A DNA stretch of 64,000 nt from an uncultured Desulfosarcina sp. (GCA_963674945.2 CAXXWQ010000002.1:192001-256000), one strand, 5' to 3'; shown: positions 21,114-31,321, counted from the stretch's first letter. Notes: a model not told the origin generated them from the sequence alone. Numbers and translations: made by a program.

Positions 21114-21762
21114 CATGGAGACGGGATCTGTAATTATCACCTATGATCAGCACTTTCAAAATGTTACATACGAAAAACAAATTACAATTTTGCTTCAATT
21201 ATCATTTGTCCAATCTGAAAACCAATGTCTCCAGGATCTTCCCATCCTTGGACATCCGTGTCATATCTTTCCACGATAACGAGGTTCAGATCAGGTACAA
21301 TCACAAGGGCATGAACGCCATGACCGGTATGGTAAAAATAATCATATCCAAGCAATTTTTAGTATCATCCAGCACAGCACGTTACATACAATCCATCGGT
21401 CGGATGCTCCATTAATGCGCTTCTGCCAAAAGTGAATTTGGGGCGACTGCTTGTAGCCAATGCAAGCCAAGTTGAAGATGTTATCAACAAGATTCTTGCC
21501 TATGAGAGAGAGATTCCGGACATGGACTATCAGCAATCGTTTATGTTTCATAAACAAGATCATCCCCCCACCACATACACAAAATGGTTTGATCCAGTTA
21601 TTCCCGATTATCTTAGACCGTATACAAGAATACTCATCCCATATGTGCAGTAAACCCCCAAATGCGATTTCTTTGAACGGGTAATGATCCGTATTGGACA
21701 ATGAAACAAAGGGTGTGCTACCTTCGATTCACAGCCTACTCAACCATTCGGAGATTCGCATT

Positions 21763-23184
21763 TTGCCCACTTCATCGAAACCGGTTCAATCCTTTGACGT
21801 GGTTATCGTCGGCGGCGGTCCCGCGGGACTTTTTTCCGCCTATTACCTCGGTGCGCATTCGAAGCTCAAGGTGTTGCTCGTGGAGCAGGGAAAAGAACCG
21901 CGCAAGCGGGTCTGTCCGATTGCGGACCGGCAGTATTGCACGCAGTGCAACCCCTGCAACATCCTGTGCGGGGTCGGCGGTGCCGGACTCTTCTCCGATG
22001 GAAAGCTCAACTTCATCCCGAAGCTGGGCAAGACCGATCTCACCCAGTTCCTGTCCCCGGCGGATGCGGCAAGCCTGATCGACGAGACCGAGGCGATTTT
22101 CAATCGATTCAAAATGGACGGTCCGGTCTACCCGACGGATATGGCGGCGGCGAAAATCATTCGCAAGAATGCCAAACGCTTCGGAATCGATTTGTTGCTC
22201 ATCAGGCAAAAGCATCTGGGTAGCGATCGGTTGCCCCAATATATCACCGCCATGACCGAACATATCCGGTCCAGTGGCGTCACCTTGCATACGGGTGAAA
22301 AAGCGGAGGATGTGATTGTCCAAGAGGGGAGGGTCGTCGGCGTTACCACCGATCGCGGCGTTTACCACTGTGATCATGTGATCCTGGCACCGGGACGCAT
22401 CGGTGCGGATTGGGTGTCGCGGCTGGCCCAGCGTCACGGTATCGGCCTCACCCAGCGGGGAATCGAGGTGGGGGTGCGGGTGGAAGTGCACAACGACATC
22501 ATGCAGGATCTTTGCGACGTGATCTACGACCCGACCTTCTTCGTCCAGACCGGCAAATACGATGACCAGACCCGCACCTTTTGCACCAACCAGGGCGGAT
22601 TCGTCTCCCTGGAGAGCTATGCCGATTTTGTGTGTGTAAACGGACACGCCTACCTTGACCGCAAGTCGGCAAACACCAACTTCGCCTTTCTTTCCAAGGT
22701 GGTGCTCACCGAACCCGTCACCGATAACCAGGCCTATGGCGAGGCCATCGGCCGACTCTCCACCCTCATCGGCGGCGGAAAGCCAATTTTGCAGCGTTTC
22801 GGAGATCTGAAACGGGGCCGCCGAAGCACCTGGAACCGGATTCGCAAGGGCTACATGGAGCCGACGCTGACCAACGTCGTATGCGGGGATATCGCCATGG
22901 CGCTTCCCGAGCGGATTCTTACAAACATCATCGATGGATTGGAGCAGCTGAACCGGGTGGTACCCGGTGTTTCCAACGACGAAACGCTGCTTTACGCACC
23001 GGAGATCAAGTTCTTCGCCACACAGGTCAAGACATCCCGTCTTTTGGAGACGGACGTTCGGGGTATGTATGTGGCCGGCGACGGGCCGGGCGTCGCCGGA
23101 AATATCGTCTCCGCCGCCGCCACCGGCTTGATACCGGCAAAGGCGATTTTGCACATTGAACATCGAACGTCCAACGCCGAATGA
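21763..23184 (+). CDS. FAD-dependent oxidoreductase (COG2509-like) with an N-terminal Cys cluster (ORF open to 21694)
   Basis: GGGPAG, CP..C..C..C.ILCGVGGAGLFSDGKL, RTFCTN and AGDGPG; GGAG upstream of TTG 21763. Confidence 0.85.
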   Translation: MPTSSKPVQSFDVVIVGGGPAGLFSAYYLGAHSKLKVLLVEQGKEPRKRVCPIADRQYCTQCNPCNILCGVGGAGLFSDGKLNFIPKLGKTDLTQFLSPADAASLIDETEAIFNRFKMDGPVYPTDMAAAKIIRKNAKRFGIDLLLIRQKHLGSDRLPQYITAMTEHIRSSGVTLHTGEKAEDVIVQEGRVVGVTTDRGVYHCDHVILAPGRIGADWVSRLAQRHGIGLTQRGIEVGVRVEVHNDIMQDLCDVIYDPTFFVQTGKYDDQTRTFCTNQGGFVSLESYADFVCVNGHAYLDRKSANTNFAFLSKVVLTEPVTDNQAYGEAIGRLSTLIGGGKPILQRFGDLKRGRRSTWNRIRKGYMEPTLTNVVCGDIAMALPERILTNIIDGLEQLNRVVPGVSNDETLLYAPEIKFFATQVKTSRLLETDVRGMYVAGDGPGVAGNIVSAAATGLIPAKAILHIEHRTSNAE

Positions 23185-23215
23185 TGCGATCGCTTCGCTC
23201 CACCATTGAAAATGA
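23153..23215. repeat. Heptamer-flanked element (ACATTGA-type), family D1
   Basis: ACATTGA ACATCGA ACGTCCA ACGCCGA followed by ATGATGCGATCGCTTCGCTCCA; near-identical to the element at 45433. Confidence 0.8.
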
Positions 23216-23242
23216 AATCCCAATAAACAAATTCCAAAACTG

Positions 23243-23368
23243 CAGAAGTCAGAATCCAGAAGTCAGAATTTAGAATGGCGATGTTGTCACTGCGCTCCAT
23301 CGTTTTTAAATGGATGAGCTATAGGCGAATCCGATTTCTGGATTCTGGCTCCTGACTCCTGAATACTC
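23243..23368. repeat. Heptamer-flanked element (CAGAAGT-type), family D2
   Basis: Five CAGAANN-type heptamers, core GTCACTGCGCTCCATCG, then inverted heptamers TTCTGGA TTCTGGC TCCTGAC TCCTGAA. Confidence 0.8.
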
Positions 23369-23409
23369 TTTCTGTTTGGGATTTGTTTTGGCCGCTGATC
23401 TTCATGCCC

Positions 23410-23853
23410 TCAGGGATTTTGCGCCACCAAATCCCGCACCGTTTCCAACAGGGGAGACTCCAACGGGCGCCAGTCGGGAAATAGGGCTTTTTTTTCGTGC
23501 CATTTAAGCACGACTCTGTCCAGCTTTTCCGGTATGATTTTTTCTGAATTTACGCCATAGGTCTCCCGGGGGTAATACTCCACCACGACCATACGACCGG
23601 GGTCGATGGCAAAACGGTGAACGATGGTGGTTGCCACGTGACTGATGCAAGCCCGAAGGGAGACTTTTTTCATGGACGGCTGCCGTCTGTCTCCTGGCAG
23701 TTCGGATACGACGGCGATGATGGGTTTGAGCTGTGGAACATTTCCCGTCTGGTCTTTGGAGAGATCGAACAGACGCAAACGACACCGACCTGCGGCAAGG
23801 TTGAACTTGCCGCCATATCCGTCCCAGTGCATAATGTCGTCGAATATCTTCAA
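23410..23853 (-). CDS. Hypothetical protein, last gene of the AAA+/VWA cluster
   Basis: 147-codon ORF with a GGAG RBS before a TTG start, 36 bp downstream of the VWA gene. Confidence 0.7.
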   Translation of the reverse strand: MKIFDDIMHWDGYGGKFNLAAGRCRLRLFDLSKDQTGNVPQLKPIIAVVSELPGDRRQPSMKKVSLRACISHVATTIVHRFAIDPGRMVVVEYYPRETYGVNSEKIIPEKLDRVVLKWHEKKALFPDWRPLESPLLETVRDLVAQNP

Positions 23854-23889
23854 AATCGCTCCTTTTTATCGGATCTGGATGGGTACAAT

Positions 23890-26622
23890 CTAATGCCGCG
23901 TAAGGGCGCTGTAAACCCTCACCAGCCGATCGGGTAAATCGCGCACGTTACCGATAAGGGTATGGTGGGTGGCGCCGTACAGGCGATCCAGTTGGCCGTT
24001 ATCGCTGACGTTGACAGTGATGGCCTTGACGTGAATAGTGGCTGTCCGGGCCTCCATGATGGCCCGCCGTGTGTCTTCCACGGCATAGGCACCCTTGTAG
24101 GCAAGATCGTTGGGATAACCGTCCCCCAAGCAGATGATCAGTTTCGCCCGGGCCTGGATGTTGGAAAGGACGGCGGTGGCATGGCGGATGGCCGCACCCA
24201 TGCGCGTACTGCGCTGGGGGGCCATGGCGCCGATTCGCCCCTTTACCTTTTCATCCAATGGTTCGTCCAGGTCCTTGACCCGATAGTAATCCACGCCCAA
24301 CGGGCCGGAGCCGGAAAATCCGGCGATGGCGAAACGGTCTCCAACCACCGTCAATGCCTCGCAGAGAAGGACGATGGCCTGTTTCTCCACATCCAAAACA
24401 CGTGTACCCGACTGATCCACGGCATTGCCCGTCGATCGGGACAGGTCCACCAGCAAAAGGGCGACGACGTCCCGCTGTCGTTTCGTCCGTTTGATGTACA
24501 AACGATCGGAAGGCATCAACCCTGCTTTTTTGTCCATGGCGTAATCCAGCAGGGCACGGTAATCAAAGTCGTCTCCCTCCTTCCACTGGCGCAGGATGGT
24601 CAGCCCTTCCGGGCGCAAGAGTTCGAAGGCGTAGCGGATGCGCCGAACCAATCCGGAATGTTCGGTAACGGTTTGCCGGTAGATATCGGGACTCGTTCCG
24701 GTAATTTCTCTTTCCCGCAACCGAACCCGGTCCATCAGATAATCTGCCATGCAGGTGTCCCACTCCCGGTACCGAAAGGCCCTGGACTCGTCGACGTCTT
24801 TTTCCAATTGACGAATTCCATGGCTGCAAAGAACCGCGTGGAGGTCCAGCCTGGATGGCATGGCGGTGTCTTTATCGGCACCGTTTTTTGGGGTGCAGAC
24901 GATCAGCCGTTTCAGATCGGTCGTCGAGATCTGTCCCTGTTGTGAAACGAGCAGGTTGCAAAGGTCGGATCGATAGACTCTGATTTGCTGTTTTGCCAGA
25001 CGATCGCGGATATCCGCTGCCATTTGGTCATAGGCAGTGGGAACGGGACCGAAACACGATGGAATGAATCTTCTGCCGAAGGGGAGGACCAGGGGGCGAT
25101 AGTCTCCCAGAGACCTGCCGACCACCGGTTCCTCCGGATGCTTGGCATGTTTCAGGACCATGTATGCACTGGTCTGAACCGTGGCATCACCGGCCTCGAT
25201 CAACCTGCGGAAGCGATCCACCATGGGCCGGATGGAAGCCGTTCGGCGCGTTGCCGGTTTCAATGATTCACCCAGCACCAGGTGACGGTAGAGAAAATAC
25301 CAGGTGCCGCCGGGACTGCCGCCGATTCTGTCCAGCCGCGTCCCATGGGAAAGGATCGATGTGAGACGGCCATGAAGGCCCGGGTAGTTCCGTTTTACTT
25401 CATGGGCGATGCGGGCGTGCTCGAAAGTCGTGAACAGGTCCAACGCCTCATTCGAATCCTCAAAGAGGCGAAGAAAGCGTGCCAGATCGGATCGGGGCAC
25501 AGGTGATCCGGCCTCATCCAAAGGCTGCGGGAGGCCGACCTCATCCGATACCTTCTCCACATCAAAGGAAAATGTGCCGAATTCGATGACGCCGGCCTCC
25601 AGCCGGACGAGCAGCTTGTACAATTCGGCATTGTCCGCCTGCCGATCCATGACATCCATGTCATCGGGCAGGTAGATGGTTCGCCCATCGCAAAGGACCA
25701 TGGGCATCGGCATTTTCTCTTCCACCGGGATTGTTGGCAGGGCGGAAAAAGGACGGACGGCCACCGCCGATCCTGTTCGGGCGAACAGGTACCGTTCCAG
25801 GGCGGATCGAACCAAGGAGAGGGGAACGGTCACCTGTCGATCCCTGCACATCTTTTTGGCTCCCTCTGATTCGAGGGATAGGAATCGGGCACCCAATCGG
25901 GCATCTTTTTCATGTCGTCGGATCGCGTGGTCCAGAAAATCGTTCAGGGCCGTTTCGGAAAGCAGGTCGAGTCCTGCCGCCAAGCCCGTGAGGTATTGAT
26001 CGGCAAGCCGCTCATCCGTTTGGATCATCCTCGTCAAGCCTCGAATCTGCCATGGCCTTCGAGACGGTGAGAACCCGATGACGGCACGCGGCAGGGTATG
26101 GGTGAGATAGACCGTTCGATTGTATGAGGTGTCGAGGCCGTAGGTGGCCATCAGAAGGTCCAGGAAGGCCAGGGCGCTTATCATCTCCTTGTCCCGAATC
26201 AGGACTGAGAGCGTTTCCAGCGGTGCCTTGAGCGTATACGTGCCTTTTTTCAGCATCACCCGGGTGATCGAATCGAAACGGCCGGCCAGTTTGGGATCAC
26301 CGCAGGTCAATACCGGTATCAGGTGGGAGGCAAAGAGATTTGCCAGGGTCGGGCCATGGTCGGCGGCCACCTTCAAGATATTTCGGTATCGGTCCAGATG
26401 GGAAGGTATGCCGAGGGCCAACATTCGTCCCATGCCATCGGCAAAGTTGCGACCGAATGTGATCTCCATGGCCAGGGCCTGGATCACCTCGTCCACCACT
26501 TTGTCCAATGGAACATGGCCATCGGCGGGTTGCCAATCGTTCAGATGGCGCTGCATCCGTTTCGCCGCTTCGGGGTCGGCAACCGCCAGATGGTCCAATG
26601 ACGAGCGGACGTTTGCATCCAT
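23890..26622 (-). CDS. NorD/CbbO-like protein with C-terminal VWA domain
   Basis: MIDAS elements DLSRS, STRMGAAIRHA and GDGYPND; YREWD motif. Confidence 0.88.
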   Translation of the reverse strand: MDANVRSSLDHLAVADPEAAKRMQRHLNDWQPADGHVPLDKVVDEVIQALAMEITFGRNFADGMGRMLALGIPSHLDRYRNILKVAADHGPTLANLFASHLIPVLTCGDPKLAGRFDSITRVMLKKGTYTLKAPLETLSVLIRDKEMISALAFLDLLMATYGLDTSYNRTVYLTHTLPRAVIGFSPSRRPWQIRGLTRMIQTDERLADQYLTGLAAGLDLLSETALNDFLDHAIRRHEKDARLGARFLSLESEGAKKMCRDRQVTVPLSLVRSALERYLFARTGSAVAVRPFSALPTIPVEEKMPMPMVLCDGRTIYLPDDMDVMDRQADNAELYKLLVRLEAGVIEFGTFSFDVEKVSDEVGLPQPLDEAGSPVPRSDLARFLRLFEDSNEALDLFTTFEHARIAHEVKRNYPGLHGRLTSILSHGTRLDRIGGSPGGTWYFLYRHLVLGESLKPATRRTASIRPMVDRFRRLIEAGDATVQTSAYMVLKHAKHPEEPVVGRSLGDYRPLVLPFGRRFIPSCFGPVPTAYDQMAADIRDRLAKQQIRVYRSDLCNLLVSQQGQISTTDLKRLIVCTPKNGADKDTAMPSRLDLHAVLCSHGIRQLEKDVDESRAFRYREWDTCMADYLMDRVRLREREITGTSPDIYRQTVTEHSGLVRRIRYAFELLRPEGLTILRQWKEGDDFDYRALLDYAMDKKAGLMPSDRLYIKRTKRQRDVVALLLVDLSRSTGNAVDQSGTRVLDVEKQAIVLLCEALTVVGDRFAIAGFSGSGPLGVDYYRVKDLDEPLDEKVKGRIGAMAPQRSTRMGAAIRHATAVLSNIQARAKLIICLGDGYPNDLAYKGAYAVEDTRRAIMEARTATIHVKAITVNVSDNGQLDRLYGATHHTLIGNVRDLPDRLVRVYSALTRH

Positions 26623-26665
26623 ACACTACCTAAACATGATGATCTCGTGAAAAGTCAGGTTTTCG

Positions 26666-26790
26666 GACGGTTTCGTAAAAAGTTCGAGATCAAGGATTGC
26701 GAGCCCCGAGGAACGAGGCGTATGGTTGGATACGTCGCAATGACGAGGGGCGAAGCGTAACGAAGATATCGGACTTTTTACGAATCCGTC
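26666..26790. repeat. MITE/REP-like element, family A
   Basis: GACGGTTTCGTAAAAAGTTCGAGATC and GATATCGGACTTTTTACGAATCCGTC match at 23/26; an extra terminal-repeat variant TGATGATCTCGTGAAAAGTC lies just upstream. Confidence 0.88.
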
Positions 26791-27604
26791 AAACATAAAG
26801 GTCCTCGATCAGGTCGGAGAGTGTCTCCTGCAGTCGATCGTCATCCGTGAGCGGTTGACACAGGGCCGCCGTGCAGGCATCGATGAACCCGATGCCGTTT
26901 TTCATCAAGTGGGCGGCATAGATGAGCAGCCGGGTGGAGGCGCCTTCGGTGAGACCGTGCTCGCGGATGTTCCTGATCTTTCCCGCCAGGGTGACCAGGC
27001 GCCTTGCCGTATCCATGGAAATGCCGCCTTCGGTCGCCACGATCTTCGACTCGGCGACAGCCTCGGGGTAATCGAAACAAAGGGCCACGAAGCGTTGGCG
27101 GGTGCTCTGTTTCAGGTCCTTTAACACCGACTGGTACCCCGGGTTGTAGGAGATGACCATCAAAAAATCGGGATGGGCCCGGATTACCTCCCCTTTTTTA
27201 TCGATGGAGAGGGTGCGCCGGTCGTCGGTGAGCGGGTGGATGACGACGGTGGTATCCTTTCGTGCCTCTACGATTTCATCCAGGTAGCAGATGGCTCCCA
27301 TGCGCACGGCCCGGGTCAGGGGGCCGTCCACCCAGACCGTTTCGTCGTCTTTGAGCAGGTATCGACCGATAAGATCCGAGGCGAAAAGGTCCTCGTGACA
27401 GGCCACGGTAATCAGGGGGCGATGGAGGCGAAAGGCCATGTGCTCGACGAAGCGGGTCTTGCCGCATCCGGTGGGCCCTTTGAGCATGATGGGAAGTCTT
27501 GCCGCTGCCGCTGCCTCGAACATCCGGATCTCATCTCCGGTGCTCAGGTAAAAGGGTTCGCTGTCGATGGTATACGGATTTTTCGAAGGACTGGTTTTTT
27601 CCAT
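26789..27604 (-). CDS. CbbQ/NirQ/NorQ/GpvN (MoxR-type) AAA+ ATPase
   Basis: [33 protein letters not shown] and [21 protein letters not shown]. Confidence 0.95.
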   Translation of the reverse strand: MEKTSPSKNPYTIDSEPFYLSTGDEIRMFEAAAAARLPIMLKGPTGCGKTRFVEHMAFRLHRPLITVACHEDLFASDLIGRYLLKDDETVWVDGPLTRAVRMGAICYLDEIVEARKDTTVVIHPLTDDRRTLSIDKKGEVIRAHPDFLMVISYNPGYQSVLKDLKQSTRQRFVALCFDYPEAVAESKIVATEGGISMDTARRLVTLAGKIRNIREHGLTEGASTRLLIYAAHLMKNGIGFIDACTAALCQPLTDDDRLQETLSDLIEDLYV

Positions 27605-27688
27605 CGGATCATCCCGTTTGTAATCTTTCCCGGTGCATCGAATCGCCTGGACGTTTCACAACCGATTCGTGGCCTCGGCAATCGGTGT

Positions 27689-27716
27689 TTGACATCAACC
27701 GAAAAGATTATATATT
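27689..27716 (+). promoter_or_regulatory. Putative sigma70 promoter for the TraB gene
   Basis: TTGACA-N16-TATATT. Confidence 0.45.
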
Positions 27717-27756
27717 TGCTAATCTTTAATCCGCAAAGGACGATACCATATATCCG

Positions 27757-28926
27757 ATGAATGAGAAACTCAACAACGAGATGATCCACCAGCTGGATCA
27801 CGACGGAAAACAGATCACCCTGGTGGGGACGGCCCACGTATCCAAAGAGAGTGTGGACCTTGTCAAGACAGTCATCGACGAGGTAAAACCGGATACGGTC
27901 TGCGTCGAACTTTGTGAGAGCCGTGCCCAGGCCATTAACCAGAAGGACCGTTGGCGGGAGATGGACATCATCAAGGTGATCAAGGAGAAGAAGGCCTTTC
28001 TCCTTCTATCCAACCTGATGCTGGCATCCTTTCAAAAGCGAATCGCCGACAAGCTGGAGGTCTCTCCCGGTCAGGAGATGATCCAGGCCATGGAGTCGGC
28101 AAATGCCGTTGGCGCCAAGGTGCATATGGCGGACCGGGACATCCGGACCACATTATCCCGGACGTGGCGGAGCATGGGGCTGTGGGGCAAGACCAAACTG
28201 ATCTTCCAACTGCTTCTCTCTATGGGTGCCGTGGACGAGATCAGCGAGGAGGACGTGGAAAAGATGAAGCAGCAGGACATGCTGGCTTCGATCCTGGACG
28301 AGGTGGGAAAGTCCATGCCCCGAGTTCGTGAAACCCTCATCGACGAACGGGACCAATACCTGACCGAGCGGGTTCGCACCGCTCCCGGGCAGCGAATCGT
28401 CGCCGTGGTCGGCGCCGGCCACGTGCCGGGCATGTTGCGTAACTGGGAGCGTCCCATCGATCTTGCGCCCTTGATGGAATTGCCGCCAAAGGGCCCCTTT
28501 TCCAAGATTTTTAAATGGCTTCTGCCCTTTGCGATCTGTACGATGATCATTTATGGGTTTTTCCGCGGGGGAGCGGCCGCGGGTTCTGAAATGGTTACCT
28601 GGTGGGTCTTGGCAAACGGCGTCCTGGCCGGACTGGGTGCCCTGTTGGCCCTGGGTCACCCGTTTACCATCCTGTCATCCATACTGGCGGCACCACTGAC
28701 CTCTCTCAACCCCATGATTGCCGCGGGGTGGGTCTCGGGTCTGGTGGAGGCCTTTTCCCGTAAGCCCAGAGTCATGGATTTCGAAAATCTTTCCAGTGAC
28801 ATCGTTTCGGTCAAAGGGTTCTGGCGAAACAAAGTAACCCGGGTTCTGTTGGTGGTTGTCTTTACCAATCTTGGAAGTTCCGTCGGGACTTTTGTCGCCA
28901 TACCCATGATGATGAAGTTCCTATAG
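27757..28926 (+). CDS. TraB/GumN (pheromone shutdown-like) family protein
   Basis: LVGTAHVS, LIDERD, VVGAGHVPG and C-terminal TMs. Confidence 0.92.
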   Translation: MNEKLNNEMIHQLDHDGKQITLVGTAHVSKESVDLVKTVIDEVKPDTVCVELCESRAQAINQKDRWREMDIIKVIKEKKAFLLLSNLMLASFQKRIADKLEVSPGQEMIQAMESANAVGAKVHMADRDIRTTLSRTWRSMGLWGKTKLIFQLLLSMGAVDEISEEDVEKMKQQDMLASILDEVGKSMPRVRETLIDERDQYLTERVRTAPGQRIVAVVGAGHVPGMLRNWERPIDLAPLMELPPKGPFSKIFKWLLPFAICTMIIYGFFRGGAAAGSEMVTWWVLANGVLAGLGALLALGHPFTILSSILAAPLTSLNPMIAAGWVSGLVEAFSRKPRVMDFENLSSDIVSVKGFWRNKVTRVLLVVVFTNLGSSVGTFVAIPMMMKFL

Positions 28927-29062
28927 GGGCCACGACAAAGGTTTTGGACTGTGTTATCGGTCGTCGCGGTATACATGCATACAGCTTCCTCCCTCTGGCC
29001 TTGCCAAAACAATTGTCGTGGCCCCTATGCCCGGATTTGAAATTTCAAATCCGAAATTATCT

Positions 29063-29866
29063 TTATGACTCTTGTGCGATCTTGACCACGGTACGCCGAT
29101 ATATCTTGCCGTCGTCCAGGTGGTGGGTCATGTGCACGGTTTCGATGCGTCCACGGGCAAAGTGCTGAATGCACTCCGGGTAGAGAATCCACTCTTGTTC
29201 CAACCCTTTTCGTTTCACCTCTTCCAGGGTATCGGTTTCCGAAATTAGAAAGGACCGTTGACCGATGATCGGTCCCGAGTCCTCGCCATAATCGATGAAA
29301 TGCACGGTGCATCCGCCTACCTTGCACCCATAGCGAAAGGTGTCGCCGTATCCATCCACTCCGGGAAACGAGGGCAATAGCGCCGGATGGATGTTCATGA
29401 TCCGGGGCCTGCCGGGGTCGGTGTTGAATCGGTCAATGAAATAGGGTGTGAGGTTTCGCATGAAACCGGCCAGTACGAGCAAATCGATGGGGCCAAAGGC
29501 CGCCATCTCGGATAGCAGGCGGTTTTCGGCGGCGGCCCGTGTTGAGAAAAAGGCCTGCAACCGATTTTCGTCGGCATCGGCGGCAAACAGATGCTGTTTG
29601 GCGATAACGGTCGACAATTGAAAATCGTCCGGTAATTCGAAGCCTGCGGGATCTTTTTTGCGGGCTTCGATGAACGGCCCATAATCGACGACGAAACTGG
29701 GAATGTTACTCTTTTTTGCCCGTTCGAGGCCCTTGACACCCGCCTTGTCCGATCCGACGAAGACCATTTCTCCATTGATTCGGCCATCTTCGCATGCATC
29801 GATGATGGCCTGTAGGTTGGTGCCACCGCCTGAGATCAGTGCACCAATGCGGATTTTATGCCCCAT
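29063..29866 (-). CDS. purN: Phosphoribosylglycinamide formyltransferase with an internal insertion
   Basis: ISGGGTNLQA, LAGFMR, NIHPALLPSFPG and DSGPII. Confidence 0.93.
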   Translation of the reverse strand: MGHKIRIGALISGGGTNLQAIIDACEDGRINGEMVFVGSDKAGVKGLERAKKSNIPSFVVDYGPFIEARKKDPAGFELPDDFQLSTVIAKQHLFAADADENRLQAFFSTRAAAENRLLSEMAAFGPIDLLVLAGFMRNLTPYFIDRFNTDPGRPRIMNIHPALLPSFPGVDGYGDTFRYGCKVGGCTVHFIDYGEDSGPIIGQRSFLISETDTLEEVKRKGLEQEWILYPECIQHFARGRIETVHMTHHLDDGKIYRRTVVKIAQES

Positions 29867-30050
29867 CTTTCTTCCCCCTTTTTTATTGTACTCAATTTTG
29901 ACTGAAAAAGAGGTACCAGATATGAGCGAGTCATGTCAATTTTACCGGAGCTTTTCGTCATCGTATCCGGCTTTTCTTCGATCCTTGAACTTCTCATGGA
30001 AATCAAAAACCCATTTCACACCCTGCCCGAATGGCTGTGCATTGCCGCAG

Positions 30051-30079
30051 TTGACAATCCGTAGCCATGTTATTATGTT
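30051..30079 (+). promoter_or_regulatory. Putative sigma70 promoter for trxA
   Basis: TTGACA-N17-TATGTT, about 50 bp upstream of the ATG. Confidence 0.5.
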
Positions 30080-30128
30080 GATAAAGATTTTTAGGCGTTG
30101 CCAACATCCATCGAAAGGAATAATCATC

Positions 30129-30458
30129 ATGGCAGAAGGAATCATGGAAGTCGCAGACAATAGCTTTGATGCCGAAGTGCTGCAAAGCGATAAACCAACG
30201 GTCGTTGATTTCTGGGCACCCTGGTGTGGCCCCTGCAAAGCGATCGGCCCCGTACTCGATGAATTGGCTCAAACTTATGGTGAAAAGGTGAAATTCACCA
30301 AATGCAATGTAGATGATAATCCGGTAACCCCCGGCAAGTTCGGTATCAAAGCCATTCCCACCTTGATATTTTTTAAGGACGGAGAAGTCGCCGAGCAGAT
30401 CACCGGTATGGTGGCCAAAGCCAAACTCGAAGAGGCATTGAAAAACATTCTGTCCTGA
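30129..30458 (+). CDS. trxA: Thioredoxin
   Basis: DFWAPWCGPCK; AAAGGA RBS upstream of ATG 30129 (the track's longer ORF is an over-extension). Confidence 0.96.
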   Translation: MAEGIMEVADNSFDAEVLQSDKPTVVDFWAPWCGPCKAIGPVLDELAQTYGEKVKFTKCNVDDNPVTPGKFGIKAIPTLIFFKDGEVAEQITGMVAKAKLEEALKNILS

Positions 30459-30484
30459 TGTAGAAAGATTCACACGGGCAATCA

Positions 30485-30524
30485 TCGACCGGCGGTGTGC
30501 CGAATGGGGTGCACCGCCGGTTGA
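30485..30524 (+). terminator. GC-rich hairpin downstream of trxA
   Basis: TCGACCGGCGGTGTGCC ... GGTGCACCGCCGGTTGA stem; no strong U-tract. Confidence 0.45.
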
Positions 30525-30634
30525 CGTTCGGCGCAGCAAAACACGCTCGTGTTTCAATCGTTGCGGTCGTAGCCGGGTGCTGATCATTCGGTGCGCAGGC
30601 AACCAAAATAACGCCATTTCAAAATGAGGGTGCG

Positions 30635-31321
30635 ATGCGGGGGATGTTCATTGCTTCGGGCCTGGCATTGCTGATACTGATCGGGTGTGCCGGTGCCGAC
30701 GTAGGAGAGGAAAAGTCCGCCCAGGAGTTGATCCAGGAGGGGATGGAATTTTTCGAAAACGGAAAATACGAAAAGGCCGTCGATTCTTTCGAAAGACTTC
30801 GGGATTGGTATCCTTTTTCCAAGTATGCCATCCTGGCGGAGTTGAAGATTGCCGATGCCTACTACAACCTGGATTCCTATATCGAAGCGATTTTCGCCTA
30901 TGAAGAGTTCGAGCAACTTCACCCCCGCAACGAAGCCATCCCTTACGTCATCTACCGCATCGGTCGCAGCTACTTCAATCAGATCGATACCATCGACAGG
31001 GATCAATCCAATGCCGAAAAAGCCCTGGAAACCTTTCAGCGCCTGGTCCGCCAATATCCCAACGATGCTTACGCCACCATGGCCAGGAGCGACATGGTGG
31101 AATGTTATAAAAGCCTATCGGGACACCAGCTTTACGTGGGCGTGTTCTACTACAAGCAAAAAAACTATAAGGCCGCCAAGAAACGGTTTTTGGACCTGAT
31201 AAAAAAATATCCGGACGTGGGGCACCACTACAAAGCGCTGACATATCTTGCCAATTGTGATGCCTGGCTGAATTCGAATTTGCAAGTGCAGCAGGTGCCT
31301 TCGGCGCCTGGCGTGCCATGA
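30635..31321 (+). CDS. bamD: Outer membrane protein assembly factor BamD (TPR lipoprotein)
   Basis: Lipobox LIGC, YPFSKYA..AEL..ADAYY and DRDQS. Confidence 0.92.
   Translation: MRGMFIASGLALLILIGCAGADVGEEKSAQELIQEGMEFFENGKYEKAVDSFERLRDWYPFSKYAILAELKIADAYYNLDSYIEAIFAYEEFEQLHPRNEAIPYVIYRIGRSYFNQIDTIDRDQSNAEKALETFQRLVRQYPNDAYATMARSDMVECYKSLSGHQLYVGVFYYKQKNYKAAKKRFLDLIKKYPDVGHHYKALTYLANCDAWLNSNLQVQQVPSAPGVP

Noticed and set aside
21772..23223. 483-aa minus-strand ORF, and similar long antisense ORFs at 32737-33984, 54719-55873, 59663-60748 and 42635-43642
   Set aside because: Each lies opposite a well-supported gene and lacks domain motifs.
23153..23368. Tandem short repeats considered as a CRISPR array
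   Set aside because: The units are degenerate 7-mers without unique spacers, and no cas genes are present.
29703..30128. N-terminal extensions in the ORF track (trxA, nusB, trpB2, MMPL, 4941-5585)
   Set aside because: They overlap neighbouring genes or promoters; downstream ATGs with good RBS match the family N-termini.
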